Virus record (IMG/VR): IMGVR_UViG_3300021256_000056
Location: 131,096-195,095 of that record
Source of the DNA: a virus
Lineage: Duplodnaviria; Caudoviricetes
Reading direction: 5' to 3' (one strand)
Length of the DNA: 64,000 bases
Positions 30,201-38,342 of this stretch are shown here, piece by piece (positions within the stretch are counted from its first letter, which is position 1; the number at the start of each line of letters is the position of its first letter). The notes below the pieces were generated by a model. That model ran no database searches. It saw nothing but the letters and a program-made list of their open reading frames with translations, and was not told the DNA's origin. The translations under genes and the position numbers were made by a program.

Positions 30201-30624
30201 CGAACTTTCAAGTGGTGAACCCAATAACCCTGGAGACCAGGATACTTATGAACAACTCATGACAATGGAAGATAAAGAAATTAAGTTCTGGTCAAAATAC
30301 CCTGAATTTAAAATACCCTACCTTGAAGAATGCGGTATGAATTGGGAGGAAATAAAGGGTGATTACGACAAACGCCAGGAAGAGGAAAAGCAACGTGGAA
30401 TTGATATTGTGAGAAAGATATATGACGAAACCTTAAGTAATCTGACAAAGACAGAGAAGGAAGAACTTCTTGAAGAGGGGGTTTTACCGAGTAAACTCGA
30501 ATCAGTAATCTTCCTCGACCCTGTTACAGGCGAATTCATGTGTAAGCAATATCCTGACTACAAAATAGGTAGCTGTCTTGATATTCTTGAACTTAACGAG
30601 GGGTTCTCTTCTGACGATGATTAG
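27232..30624 (+). CDS. polB: Family B DNA polymerase with 3'-5' exonuclease
   Basis: FDLETEG, HNGEQFDW, LDYNSLYPS, KKLGNSFFGS, GDTDG. Confidence 0.95.
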   Translation: MALKQPVTQEEIYSFLEGRDPQERIVNLDYSYKNDYITVIYRNENDEKCKHQAPFHPFLWATRNACNKLIGENREREANLRFLLRKYGIKCEALDIENVEGVPCEKMKDGYTFLFRAKSAMSYSRFLNFFKEAGYPVFSDKKDGDTTTRESNKNDYLTVTPQEQFLISTGKRFFKGYDDYNDILRMIFDLETEGLDPSKHRIEWYGIRFNRPITFNGTSREFETEMQIKGVTKEEKDASELKLIDTALRIIYTFRPDVITAHNGEQFDWNFIIERCKQLGTSIEEMSSKYFNGRSICKNQRESVLKLGGEVEHFYQTIVPGITVTDSLHAVRRAQATDSNFKKGDLKYATKYLKMVKPNRVYIPGDKISQLTNDYEEHYAFNNKNGKWYLIDEKHPLLADGNYKAVSGHYIVERYLGDDLWECDKVEYALNSTDFMLCKIVPVPFSKCVTMGTAGQWKAIMLAWSYERGLAIPKPENTGAFTGGLSRLLRVGYVDKVIKLDYNSLYPSIILTWAISDDTDLMGAMLDMLEYVLTTRETHKGLKKKAGKIVDKYEEEMNKGVELTAAEIEEYNKASNDYKIEDNRQASVKKLGNSFFGSYGSNNGSVFPWKSVKCAERTTCTGRMALRLMISHFHKLGYEPIVGDTDGFNFKLPDSSKYRYTEENPYIGKGLSRETKEGKEYSGYEADVAEFNDMYMRDFHYAPRAVNKMGLGIDEVVSATINFSRKNYADYFPEKPYPEDVKLVGNTVKSKKMPEYISNFLDKGIRLLLQNKGHEFLEEYYNYIEKIYNYQIPLKDIASKGKVKKSVNDYITDCKTITKAGRPKSRQAWMELAIRDGVKADMGETLYYINVGKTKSQADVKKVTHYYETVDGEKKDVVTKIEKEYKAYKKESKESGKKDVLTKDEFIKKNYPNVRAEEEIILNAILLPREMVESDEEFFCKEGQEYNVPKYIAQFNSRITPLLVCFSREIRDSILISNPSERKYFTMEEAELSSGEPNNPGDQDTYEQLMTMEDKEIKFWSKYPEFKIPYLEECGMNWEEIKGDYDKRQEEEKQRGIDIVRKIYDETLSNLTKTEKEELLEEGVLPSKLESVIFLDPVTGEFMCKQYPDYKIGSCLDILELNEGFSSDDD

Positions 30625-30630
30625 GTAAGT

Positions 30631-30662
30631 TTTGTTTTTTTCAGAAAAAAACTATACATTTG
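30631..30662 (+). promoter_or_regulatory. Host-type Bacteroidota promoter
   Basis: TTTG-N20-TACATTTG. Confidence 0.75.
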
Positions 30663-30690
30663 AACAAAATAACATTTAAAAAAATTTAAA

Positions 30691-31839
30691 ATGAATAATT
30701 TTACTAGACCATCTGTCGCTAACAAAGTTTACGATAATGATGGACATGTTTACAAGAGCGTTAGGCAACTTTCCTCTAAAATAGGTGTTGCCAAGAGTAC
30801 GATTCTAAATAAATTTAGAAAGGGTGAGCCCTTTAAATACAATGGTAACACCTATATGTTGGTTGGTGTACCTGTTAATACTGAGAATGTCGAAAATGAG
30901 GCCCCGCAGTTTAATGTCCCCACTGAATACCAGGAGGATTATGAACAATTTCTCAAGACCAAGGATGTAGAGAATCTCCCGTTTGTCGTCTCTGATTTCA
31001 AATTCTCCTCACACGACTTGGGGCATCGTTATGCTGTTGCGCTTTTCTCGGATGCACATATTGAAGAGACTGTTACAAGGGACTCAGTCCTTGGTCTTAA
31101 TGAATATAATATTAAGATTGCTAGGGAACGAATTGAAAAGTACTTCGTTAATTTAGCCAACTGTCTTAACGAAGACGAGGTAGAAGACCTTATTTTCGCT
31201 TCGCTTGGAGACGCCATTAGCGGCTACATACATGAAGAATTGTCTCAGACAAACGGCCTTAGTCCACTCGAGGCTACATATGAGGCGCAGAATCTTATAT
31301 ATAATGGCCTCCGTTACCTTTGTGAAAATACTGACCTTAAAAGTATTAAATTCATCGGTATCGTAGGAAATCATAGCCGTGTCACTAAAAAAGTGCAACA
31401 TATCAACGGATATGCAATGAGCTATGAGTGGCTCATGTATAAAAATATCCAGAGAGAATGTGAATGCACTGGCCTTCCAATTAGCTTCTGCCTCCCCAAT
31501 AGTGAAATGGCAATTGTTGACACCGAAGACAAGAAAAGGTTTATCTTCATTCACGGTTTCCAGATTAAATCCAGCGGCAGCGGCACTGTCTGTGGTATAT
31601 ATCCTGCACTCAACAGGCTCGCAATGAAATGGTCTAAGACGTTCAAACAGGATAAGATTTATCTCGGACATTTCCACACATGTGTTTCAATTCCCAACGC
31701 AGTTGTTAACGGGTCCATTATTGGTTACAATTCCTTTGCCATGACAAATGGTTTCGAATATGAGGAGCCAGCACAGCAATATGAAGTATATGACACCAAA
31801 ATGGGTCAACTTTTATCAAGGAAAATTTATTGCAAATAA
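30691..31839 (+). CDS. Calcineurin-like metallophosphoesterase with N-terminal HTH-like region
   Basis: SDAH, LGD, GNH, HG, GHFH motifs; YKSVRQLSSKIGVAKSTI. Confidence 0.85.
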   Translation: MNNFTRPSVANKVYDNDGHVYKSVRQLSSKIGVAKSTILNKFRKGEPFKYNGNTYMLVGVPVNTENVENEAPQFNVPTEYQEDYEQFLKTKDVENLPFVVSDFKFSSHDLGHRYAVALFSDAHIEETVTRDSVLGLNEYNIKIARERIEKYFVNLANCLNEDEVEDLIFASLGDAISGYIHEELSQTNGLSPLEATYEAQNLIYNGLRYLCENTDLKSIKFIGIVGNHSRVTKKVQHINGYAMSYEWLMYKNIQRECECTGLPISFCLPNSEMAIVDTEDKKRFIFIHGFQIKSSGSGTVCGIYPALNRLAMKWSKTFKQDKIYLGHFHTCVSIPNAVVNGSIIGYNSFAMTNGFEYEEPAQQYEVYDTKMGQLLSRKIYCK

Positions 31840-32363
31840 TGGATAACCTTAGCAAACTCATAAAAGATACTAAGATATTTGGGAAATATGTTACCTTTTG
31901 GGGGTCATGTTTCTCAAATTTTTACCCCTGTTCCTTCGATTTGGATGGGAGGACCTGGAATTGCAGCGAGCAATACTTCATGTATATGAAGGCAAAGCTT
32001 TTCGGTGATGAAGAAGTGGCGCAAGATATACTTGAAACCAGTGACCCAAAGGAAATAAAACGGCTTGGACGTATGGTTAAAAATTTTAATGCCAATACAT
32101 GGAGTAACATATCTCGCAATATAATGTATGCTGCAGTATATAGTAAGTTTTCTCAAAATCAGGACCTGAAGGACGCCTTACTATACGAGAAATTCGCCGA
32201 CAAGCACTTTGTGGAAGGCAATCCTTTTGATAAAATTTGGTCAGTGGGGCTCCCGTGGGACAATCCCCTTATCGGTGACGAACGAAATTGGAACGGCACT
32301 AATTGGCTAGGCAAAATCTTGGACGAGGTTCGTGAGAAGTTAAAAGAAAAGGTGGTTGATTAA
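31839..32363 (+). CDS. NADAR (YbiA-like) family protein
   Basis: FSNFY, SEQYFM..KAKLFGD, KRLGR.VKNF, KFSQN, VE..P.DKIW..G, G.NWLGKIL..VR. Confidence 0.92.
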   Translation: MDNLSKLIKDTKIFGKYVTFWGSCFSNFYPCSFDLDGRTWNCSEQYFMYMKAKLFGDEEVAQDILETSDPKEIKRLGRMVKNFNANTWSNISRNIMYAAVYSKFSQNQDLKDALLYEKFADKHFVEGNPFDKIWSVGLPWDNPLIGDERNWNGTNWLGKILDEVREKLKEKVVD

Positions 32364-32374
32364 CCACCTTTTTT
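32347..32374. terminator. Bidirectional intrinsic terminator
   Basis: aaaaggtggtt-gatt-aaccacctttt between convergent genes. Confidence 0.8.
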
Positions 32375-32375
32375 A

Positions 32376-34523
32376 TTAGAACTCAGTATTATTCATTCTA
32401 TCCAAAATAGAATTAAAGCTTTGTTTATGCTCTTGTAGTTTTTGTTGCTGCGATGTAAATAAACCGTTCAAATGAGTATTCACACTATAAATTGCGTTAT
32501 TTGAGATACACTCAATTGCACATTTTTCCGCATAATTATCTTGTTCAGGCAAATCAAAAACTTCAGCAATTAATCCTAAATTACCATTTTTATCTTTTTG
32601 AATCGGCGCAACATATTCCTTTTTATTGAGATTAAAATAATTTTTTCTGAAATTAAGACTTTCCCCATAAGCAAGTGGCTTTTCCTCCAGTTTAGACGCC
32701 GCACTACCATGAACCCTAACGAATACATAATAAGGTTTTTCACTTGGTTCATAGCAAAGATTACATTGATAACAGTTAATTTTCTTGTCCTCTGATGCTT
32801 CATAAGGTTTTCCGTCAAAACCTCTCCCACAGGGGCATTTATAATAAAAATTACCCGTCGGTACCTTTTTATCCCCTTCAACGGCATATAGCGGCTGGAG
32901 ATTAGGTGTTAAAACCTCACTTTTGCTGTTTATATTTATTGTATTATTTGGTCCATTATAAGTATCATCAAACGCATCGTAAATACTTTCAGGGAGCGCA
33001 ATAAAATACCTCGCAATTGCACCTGCAATAGTATTGTCTTGGGCATTACGTCCAATATAATCCCTAGAGGCATTTATTATAATGTTTTTAATTTTGCTAT
33101 AATTTAACAGCCTACAAGTATAAGCCGATGCTTGTATTCCCAGAAGTTTAATATCCCCACAAATTTCATCAATTTTATCAAGTAAAGCCTGATTTATAAA
33201 ATCACCGTTTTCATTAAGACGAATGTTTTTTATACCCCTATTTGCGGTTTTCACAATCTCTAATTCTTCATTAGAGTACTCACTAAATTTTAATTTTCTC
33301 AGTACGTCAATGGAAGGGACACCCTGTAAGGTCACTTTTTTATCTTGAATGTTCTTTCTTGCAGCTATGAGGTTTTTTCTTAAAACTGAATAATCAACAA
33401 TGTATGTTCTAAGAAGATTTTCAATCAAAACCATCATATTAGGGTCAGCCAAACCAGCTTCCCACATTAAATTTCTTTGTGAGTTTGCTTGGAATACATT
33501 GTTATGTGATTTCTCCTCTGCTCTGGCATAACATGCATTTTTAACCAAACACTCAGCCCACGCTGGGCATCTTTGGGCGCTTGTGAAGTTTATTATTAAT
33601 GTAGAATTGGGCAATTTTGCATTTCCTGCGGAGAAAGTAGAAGCGGGTAATGATACCGCCAACCCATACTTAGACATCATGTATTTATCTAAAATAGAGG
33701 TTAGCATTTTTTGTTTGAGTTCCGAATCCGTTAAAATTTTCTTATCCTTAGTATTCACTAAAACATAGTAAGCGCCATCTACTTTAATATATAATGGAGA
33801 ATCAAAGTCTACTGCTATTTTCGTCTTTTTAGAATTATCTGGGACATATGGTAAAGTAACAACATCATCCATAAATTCGCTCGGAACAACACCAATTGGC
33901 ACATATTTAAATGCCCCCATTGCATATGCACGATATTTTTTGAACTCTGGGCTATCGTATGAAACATTAAAATTGAAATCGTCAAAATTCAAATCATCAC
34001 CATCAGCTTTAATACCATAAGTTTTACTATTGTTTCTTTTAGTGATAGAAGGATTATAGGTCCATTCTAACCCCTGAGAATCGATAAAATCTTGCATTTT
34101 CATCACAAAGTCAACTTCTTCCTTTGGGAGGTCTCTGGACATTCGACTATAATTTATAGTATAACCAGCGCCAGCAGCACTAGATTTTTGTATATATTGC
34201 CTCAATATTTGAATAGCCTTTTTAACATCATCCATTACGGATTGATTAATTTCTTGGCCACTACCTGCTTTGTTTTTAATTCTTATGGCTTGTATTGGGT
34301 TATAGTCGACATTTACTCCAATATTCCTGCCAGCAGCACGTATCTTCCTGGAAATATCATTATCAGTGTTAAGTACTCCGCCTTTTCCGTTGTCTCCATA
34401 CAAATGTGCCATAATATCGCTTTTGGCATTAACAACAGCGGCGTCATTATTAACATCAACTCCTTCAAAGAGCCCACTAATGATTTCTTGAAGTATTGTT
34501 TTATGTATTTTTTCTTGTTTCAT
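32376..34523 (-). CDS. Late protein with GP88-like Cys-rich (possible Fe-S) domain
   Basis: GNAKLP...CPAWAECLVKNACYA...IRLNENGDF...AYT...KCPC...CYQCNLCY...VH. Confidence 0.6.
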   Translation of the reverse strand: MKQEKIHKTILQEIISGLFEGVDVNNDAAVVNAKSDIMAHLYGDNGKGGVLNTDNDISRKIRAAGRNIGVNVDYNPIQAIRIKNKAGSGQEINQSVMDDVKKAIQILRQYIQKSSAAGAGYTINYSRMSRDLPKEEVDFVMKMQDFIDSQGLEWTYNPSITKRNNSKTYGIKADGDDLNFDDFNFNVSYDSPEFKKYRAYAMGAFKYVPIGVVPSEFMDDVVTLPYVPDNSKKTKIAVDFDSPLYIKVDGAYYVLVNTKDKKILTDSELKQKMLTSILDKYMMSKYGLAVSLPASTFSAGNAKLPNSTLIINFTSAQRCPAWAECLVKNACYARAEEKSHNNVFQANSQRNLMWEAGLADPNMMVLIENLLRTYIVDYSVLRKNLIAARKNIQDKKVTLQGVPSIDVLRKLKFSEYSNEELEIVKTANRGIKNIRLNENGDFINQALLDKIDEICGDIKLLGIQASAYTCRLLNYSKIKNIIINASRDYIGRNAQDNTIAGAIARYFIALPESIYDAFDDTYNGPNNTININSKSEVLTPNLQPLYAVEGDKKVPTGNFYYKCPCGRGFDGKPYEASEDKKINCYQCNLCYEPSEKPYYVFVRVHGSAASKLEEKPLAYGESLNFRKNYFNLNKKEYVAPIQKDKNGNLGLIAEVFDLPEQDNYAEKCAIECISNNAIYSVNTHLNGLFTSQQQKLQEHKQSFNSILDRMNNTEF

Positions 34524-34541
34524 TATTAATTAAAATTTTAA

Positions 34542-34550
34542 ATAAATAGT
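34542..34550 (-). promoter_or_regulatory. Putative late promoter ACTATTTAT
   Basis: ATAAATAGT upstream of ATG 34523. Confidence 0.75.
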
Positions 34551-34563
34551 CTAAACCACCAAT

Positions 34564-35184
34564 TTAACCCACAATACTCCACGCTTCCACTAACTTACCG
34601 AAATCTTCACCCTTAAGGAGTGTGTAACCATTTTCCCCAAAACCACGTCCCCAGGAGTTTCTAATAATTAATCCGTTTTCGGTATATCCCACTAACGCTA
34701 TTGCATGGTACCCGAGTAACCTTTCATAAGGTCTCTTCTTCCAAAACTCTTTAGTTTCGTTATATACAGGCAAGGCCCCAAAACAAGGTCCATTAGCAAG
34801 TATAGCATAACGAAGTTCTAAAGAATTTCTAAGCATGACATATTCCCCAATTTTAAGATTTCCCTTGTTAGAGGAAACCCCCTCATGCCTTAAGAAATAA
34901 AACGCCTCTTTGAAAGTCATTCCTTCACCATCGACACTTTTCGAGTTATAAATACTATATAAGTCAATTTTATTATCTCTGGGTTCACCGTCGATAAGAT
35001 TTTCTCGCCAATTAAGATATGCTGAAACGCTACAAGGTACACAAATGGGGTCAACCCCCTGGTCAAGAACGCCTGGAAGTATATCCTCATATGTATATTC
35101 AAGAGGCAAGTCCAAACTAGCAGGCAAATTTAAAACATGTTCTGTTCCATCAATGACAGATGCCTTAAAACCGTAATTTTTCAT
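34564..35184 (-). CDS. Papain-like (C1) cysteine peptidase
   Basis: DQG..PICV, YHAIALVGY, IRNSWG...GENGY catalytic Q/C/H/N. Confidence 0.88.
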   Translation of the reverse strand: MKNYGFKASVIDGTEHVLNLPASLDLPLEYTYEDILPGVLDQGVDPICVPCSVSAYLNWRENLIDGEPRDNKIDLYSIYNSKSVDGEGMTFKEAFYFLRHEGVSSNKGNLKIGEYVMLRNSLELRYAILANGPCFGALPVYNETKEFWKKRPYERLLGYHAIALVGYTENGLIIRNSWGRGFGENGYTLLKGEDFGKLVEAWSIVG

Positions 35185-35187
35185 TTA

Positions 35188-35553
35188 TTATTTCGTTACT
35201 CTTTTTATAATTGCAAGACTATCTTTCCATTCGGTTACAACATATATAACCTCATTTTTACCCCCTGTTGATTTTATGAACGTATGCTTAAAAATAGTAT
35301 CTCGTGTTTCGTAATCAACAAAGAAAGTGTTAAGCCAATCATTAAAATCCATTGATAATGTATCGGCAACACAAATAGAGTCAAGCTGGGCATTTGTTAT
35401 ACCTTTATTATATAAAGCAACCATTTTTCGCCCGCTTCCTAAAACATTCTCAGTCCCCGTTGGTTTCTTCTTACAAAACCAGTGGCAATTACCACACCCT
35501 ATGGTAGAAAAAATCAACACGAATATAACCAAAAAACCAATAATTTTTTTCAT
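35188..35553 (-). CDS. Putative lipoprotein
   Basis: MKK + hydrophobic stretch + TIGC lipobox-like. Confidence 0.65.
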   Translation of the reverse strand: MKKIIGFLVIFVLIFSTIGCGNCHWFCKKKPTGTENVLGSGRKMVALYNKGITNAQLDSICVADTLSMDFNDWLNTFFVDYETRDTIFKHTFIKSTGGKNEVIYVVTEWKDSLAIIKRVTK

Positions 35554-35567
35554 ATCTCGTTTTTATG

Positions 35568-35576
35568 ATAAATAGT
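35568..35576 (-). promoter_or_regulatory. Putative late promoter ACTATTTAT
   Basis: ATAAATAGT upstream of ATG 35553. Confidence 0.75.
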
Positions 35577-35629
35577 TTGGAAACAAGAGAAAGAGTATTA
35601 TAAGCCTGCCTTTCTTTTTCTTACAAGAA

Positions 35630-35638
35630 ACTATTTAT
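35630..35638 (+). promoter_or_regulatory. Putative late promoter ACTATTTAT
   Basis: Exact motif upstream of ATG 35660, divergent from the 35568 copy. Confidence 0.75.
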
Positions 35639-35659
35639 TTACAAATAAAAAGAGTTTAA

Positions 35660-36316
35660 ATGGGAAAAACTTTAATCATAAATAAAGAGCAATTAGATGA
35701 AATTATCGAAGGTACTCCATATTTGGATACTACCGAAAAAGGTAATATACCACCTAACAGTCATTTAAATGTAACAACAACATCTGGTGGGGTTTTACCC
35801 TCGGATTTTGCCGACCCCAAGACTGGTAAAGGCCACGCAAAGCCATATAAGACAGATGATGCTGCCGATGCGATGGGTCCTCCTACAAATAACTGGTCCC
35901 TAAAAGGTCGAACTGGACAATTTGGTGGCATTCCAATTGCCGCACCCCTTGAAGAGAGGTATTCAAAGAAAGAATTCGAAGCTAAACTTCTTTCTGAAAT
36001 GAATAGCCAGTTACAGAATATTACAATGACTGCAAACATCACTAATCAACAAGACCCCAATAATCCGATACAAATAAGCGGAAAGGAGGGGAAATTAGCA
36101 AAAGAGAAAACGCTAGCAAAACAGCGTGGTGATATTCAAACCTATAATGCAGTAAGTAAAGTATTAGACGGGCGCAGACAGGCAATTAAAAACAGTAAAA
36201 AAATAAATGCCCAGGCGGGAATGGTAAACCAATTCCAAAAACCAGGAGGCAATAAAATAATGGGGAATGGTCAGGCACATACTAAAAAGAATGAGCCAGG
36301 CATCGTTACTTATTAA
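35660..36316 (+). CDS. Hypothetical late protein with leader motif
   Basis: MGKTLIINKEQLDEIIE N-terminus. Confidence 0.7.
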   Translation: MGKTLIINKEQLDEIIEGTPYLDTTEKGNIPPNSHLNVTTTSGGVLPSDFADPKTGKGHAKPYKTDDAADAMGPPTNNWSLKGRTGQFGGIPIAAPLEERYSKKEFEAKLLSEMNSQLQNITMTANITNQQDPNNPIQISGKEGKLAKEKTLAKQRGDIQTYNAVSKVLDGRRQAIKNSKKINAQAGMVNQFQKPGGNKIMGNGQAHTKKNEPGIVTY

Positions 36317-36342
36317 GAATAAAAAGAAAATTCATTAAAACC

Positions 36343-36771
36343 ATGGATAAACAAAGCAAACTAGAAAAGATTGGTAAGAAATATAGAGATAACTCTCTTA
36401 TTGTTCAAGGTCAGCAAGTAAACGCTCTTGCAAGGAACGATTATAATAAAAACGAGCCTTACAACGACAGACATGTTGATGCACATTGGGATGAGAATAA
36501 CACAGACCCCGACGGAAAGCCACTCGGAAAAGGAACTAATAATGGCGGTCATAAGTTCTCCATTCCAAATCAGGCTCTTTCATCTGATATTATAGTACCT
36601 CAATTTGACACTGAGAATGGTGGAGGTAGCCATGATATATTTGGAAGAAGGGAATTTGAAAGCGGCAGAAATTATCTCCAAAATATTAGTCTTTATAATA
36701 AAAACCGTCAATATGGAAAGCACAGTGTCGATATTGACGATATGATTGACGGACAATTTCTTGTTAAGTAA
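36343..36771 (+). CDS. Hypothetical protein
   Basis: ORF in late operon. Confidence 0.7.
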   Translation: MDKQSKLEKIGKKYRDNSLIVQGQQVNALARNDYNKNEPYNDRHVDAHWDENNTDPDGKPLGKGTNNGGHKFSIPNQALSSDIIVPQFDTENGGGSHDIFGRREFESGRNYLQNISLYNKNRQYGKHSVDIDDMIDGQFLVK

Positions 36772-37622
36772 TGAATCTTTTCGGGGAAATACTTAAAGAA
36801 TGCAATCTACTTCTCGAAAAAAAGAACGAAGTAACAGAGGATAAAATTAAAGATGCGATAGAGAACTGTAAGATTGTATCAATAATGTATAACGACGGAA
36901 CGCCCAATGGCGGGAAAAGCTGGCGTTATATATATCCTGTTGTTTTTGGTGAACTTAAAAAGACTGGCAACAAAGCCATTCGTGCATATCAGGACGGAGG
37001 GTCAACAAGTAAAATCAAGGAAAAAGGAACAAACCACGGAATGAAACAAGGATGGAAACTCTTCAGACTTGATAGGATTGTTGCCTGGTACAACCAAGAA
37101 AACACAGAAACTGATTTAAGTCACGTATTTACGCCCCAAAATCTTGCCGATTTAAATACCACAGGAGATAAATCATTTAGTAAAATTTATTACCATTCCC
37201 CCGCAATAAAGGTTGAATATGGCATAGATTCTAATCCAGTAACAAAGACAGATATTAATGGCGGTGAACCCGTTAAACCCGAAGCACAAAAGGAACCTAT
37301 TGTTAAATATACATTTAATCCAGACTGGAAAAATCAATATAGCGAAAAAACAAATGGGGTTTCTCTTGATAATTCAGGAAATATTAATTATAATTCAAAT
37401 AAAGAGGATAAACTCACTGCTCCACAAACGAAACCAATTCTTAAGACCGATTTAGTGCCGCAAAACGAGATACCTCAAAATGAAGAGCCCAAAAACAAAC
37501 AAATGACCGCTGATGAAACACCTGTTTCAAAGGATGAGGTTAATGGCGAAGAAGATAATACTTTAACCAAAACCTTTAACGATTATTTGGATAGATGGGA
37601 AAAAGTTGAAACACAAGATTAA
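36771..37622 (+). CDS. WYL-domain protein
   Basis: IKDAIEN.KIVSIMY...RYIYPVVFG...IRAYQ...GWKLFRLDRI. Confidence 0.75.
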   Translation: MNLFGEILKECNLLLEKKNEVTEDKIKDAIENCKIVSIMYNDGTPNGGKSWRYIYPVVFGELKKTGNKAIRAYQDGGSTSKIKEKGTNHGMKQGWKLFRLDRIVAWYNQENTETDLSHVFTPQNLADLNTTGDKSFSKIYYHSPAIKVEYGIDSNPVTKTDINGGEPVKPEAQKEPIVKYTFNPDWKNQYSEKTNGVSLDNSGNINYNSNKEDKLTAPQTKPILKTDLVPQNEIPQNEEPKNKQMTADETPVSKDEVNGEEDNTLTKTFNDYLDRWEKVETQD

Positions 37623-37624
37623 TT

Positions 37625-38266
37625 ATGACACCAGAAGAATTTCAAAAAAATATAGTTGCGGCACGTGCGTTATGCAATGAAAACGTGGATAAAAAAATGA
37701 ACAAGACAGCTAAGAGTGCAAGGTCACAAATAAATAGTGCCCTAGACCAAGGCGCCGATAACAGCGTTGTGGTAAAAGCAACAGCACAAGATGATGCCTG
37801 GGACAGGATGTTCTTAAGCGACGCAGCATACGATTCAACCCCCGCCCCCGCAACAACCGTCAACCCAATGACCAAAGCAACTGTCAGCAAAAGTCGAGTA
37901 CCAGATTTTATTAAACAATCAATGGTTAATGAAAGAATTGATACAAGTGCCCTTTCATCAAATCCACTCGACAGAATGGACCTCAGCGCTGTTCAACAGC
38001 CAATTAATGAACAGAGGCCTTCAGCACCAGTAACAATTCCAACCCCACAAGCTAATACAACAGGAATTGACTACTCAATATTGAGAGCAATCATCTTGGA
38101 ATGCATAGATAGCAAATTTAAAGAATTAGGGATAACAAAAGAACTACTCTCAGAAAACACACTTAAAACGATACATCTTTCTGGCGGAAACATTAATCTT
38201 GTAGATAATAAAGGAAATGTATTTGGGGCCAAGTTAGAAATGAAAGGAAATGTAAATAAAAAATAA
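37625..38266 (+). CDS. Hypothetical late protein
   Basis: ORF; contains VNE/INE/LSE motifs. Confidence 0.7.
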   Translation: MTPEEFQKNIVAARALCNENVDKKMNKTAKSARSQINSALDQGADNSVVVKATAQDDAWDRMFLSDAAYDSTPAPATTVNPMTKATVSKSRVPDFIKQSMVNERIDTSALSSNPLDRMDLSAVQQPINEQRPSAPVTIPTPQANTTGIDYSILRAIILECIDSKFKELGITKELLSENTLKTIHLSGGNINLVDNKGNVFGAKLEMKGNVNKK

Positions 38267-38267
38267 C

Positions 38268-38297
38268 AAATCCGCGACCTAAATGGTTGCGGTTTTT
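38268..38297 (+). terminator. Intrinsic terminator
   Basis: ccgcgacc-taaat-ggttgcgg followed by T run. Confidence 0.65.
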
Positions 38298-38342
38298 ATT
38301 TACTTTTTATCTAAGGCGCTTTATTTTTTTAGAAAAAAAAGC

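Noticed and set aside
27232-30624. Intein or intron in DNA polymerase (also checked terL and helicase)
   Set aside because: Catalytic motifs are contiguous, with no intein splice-junction or LAGLIDADG motifs seen
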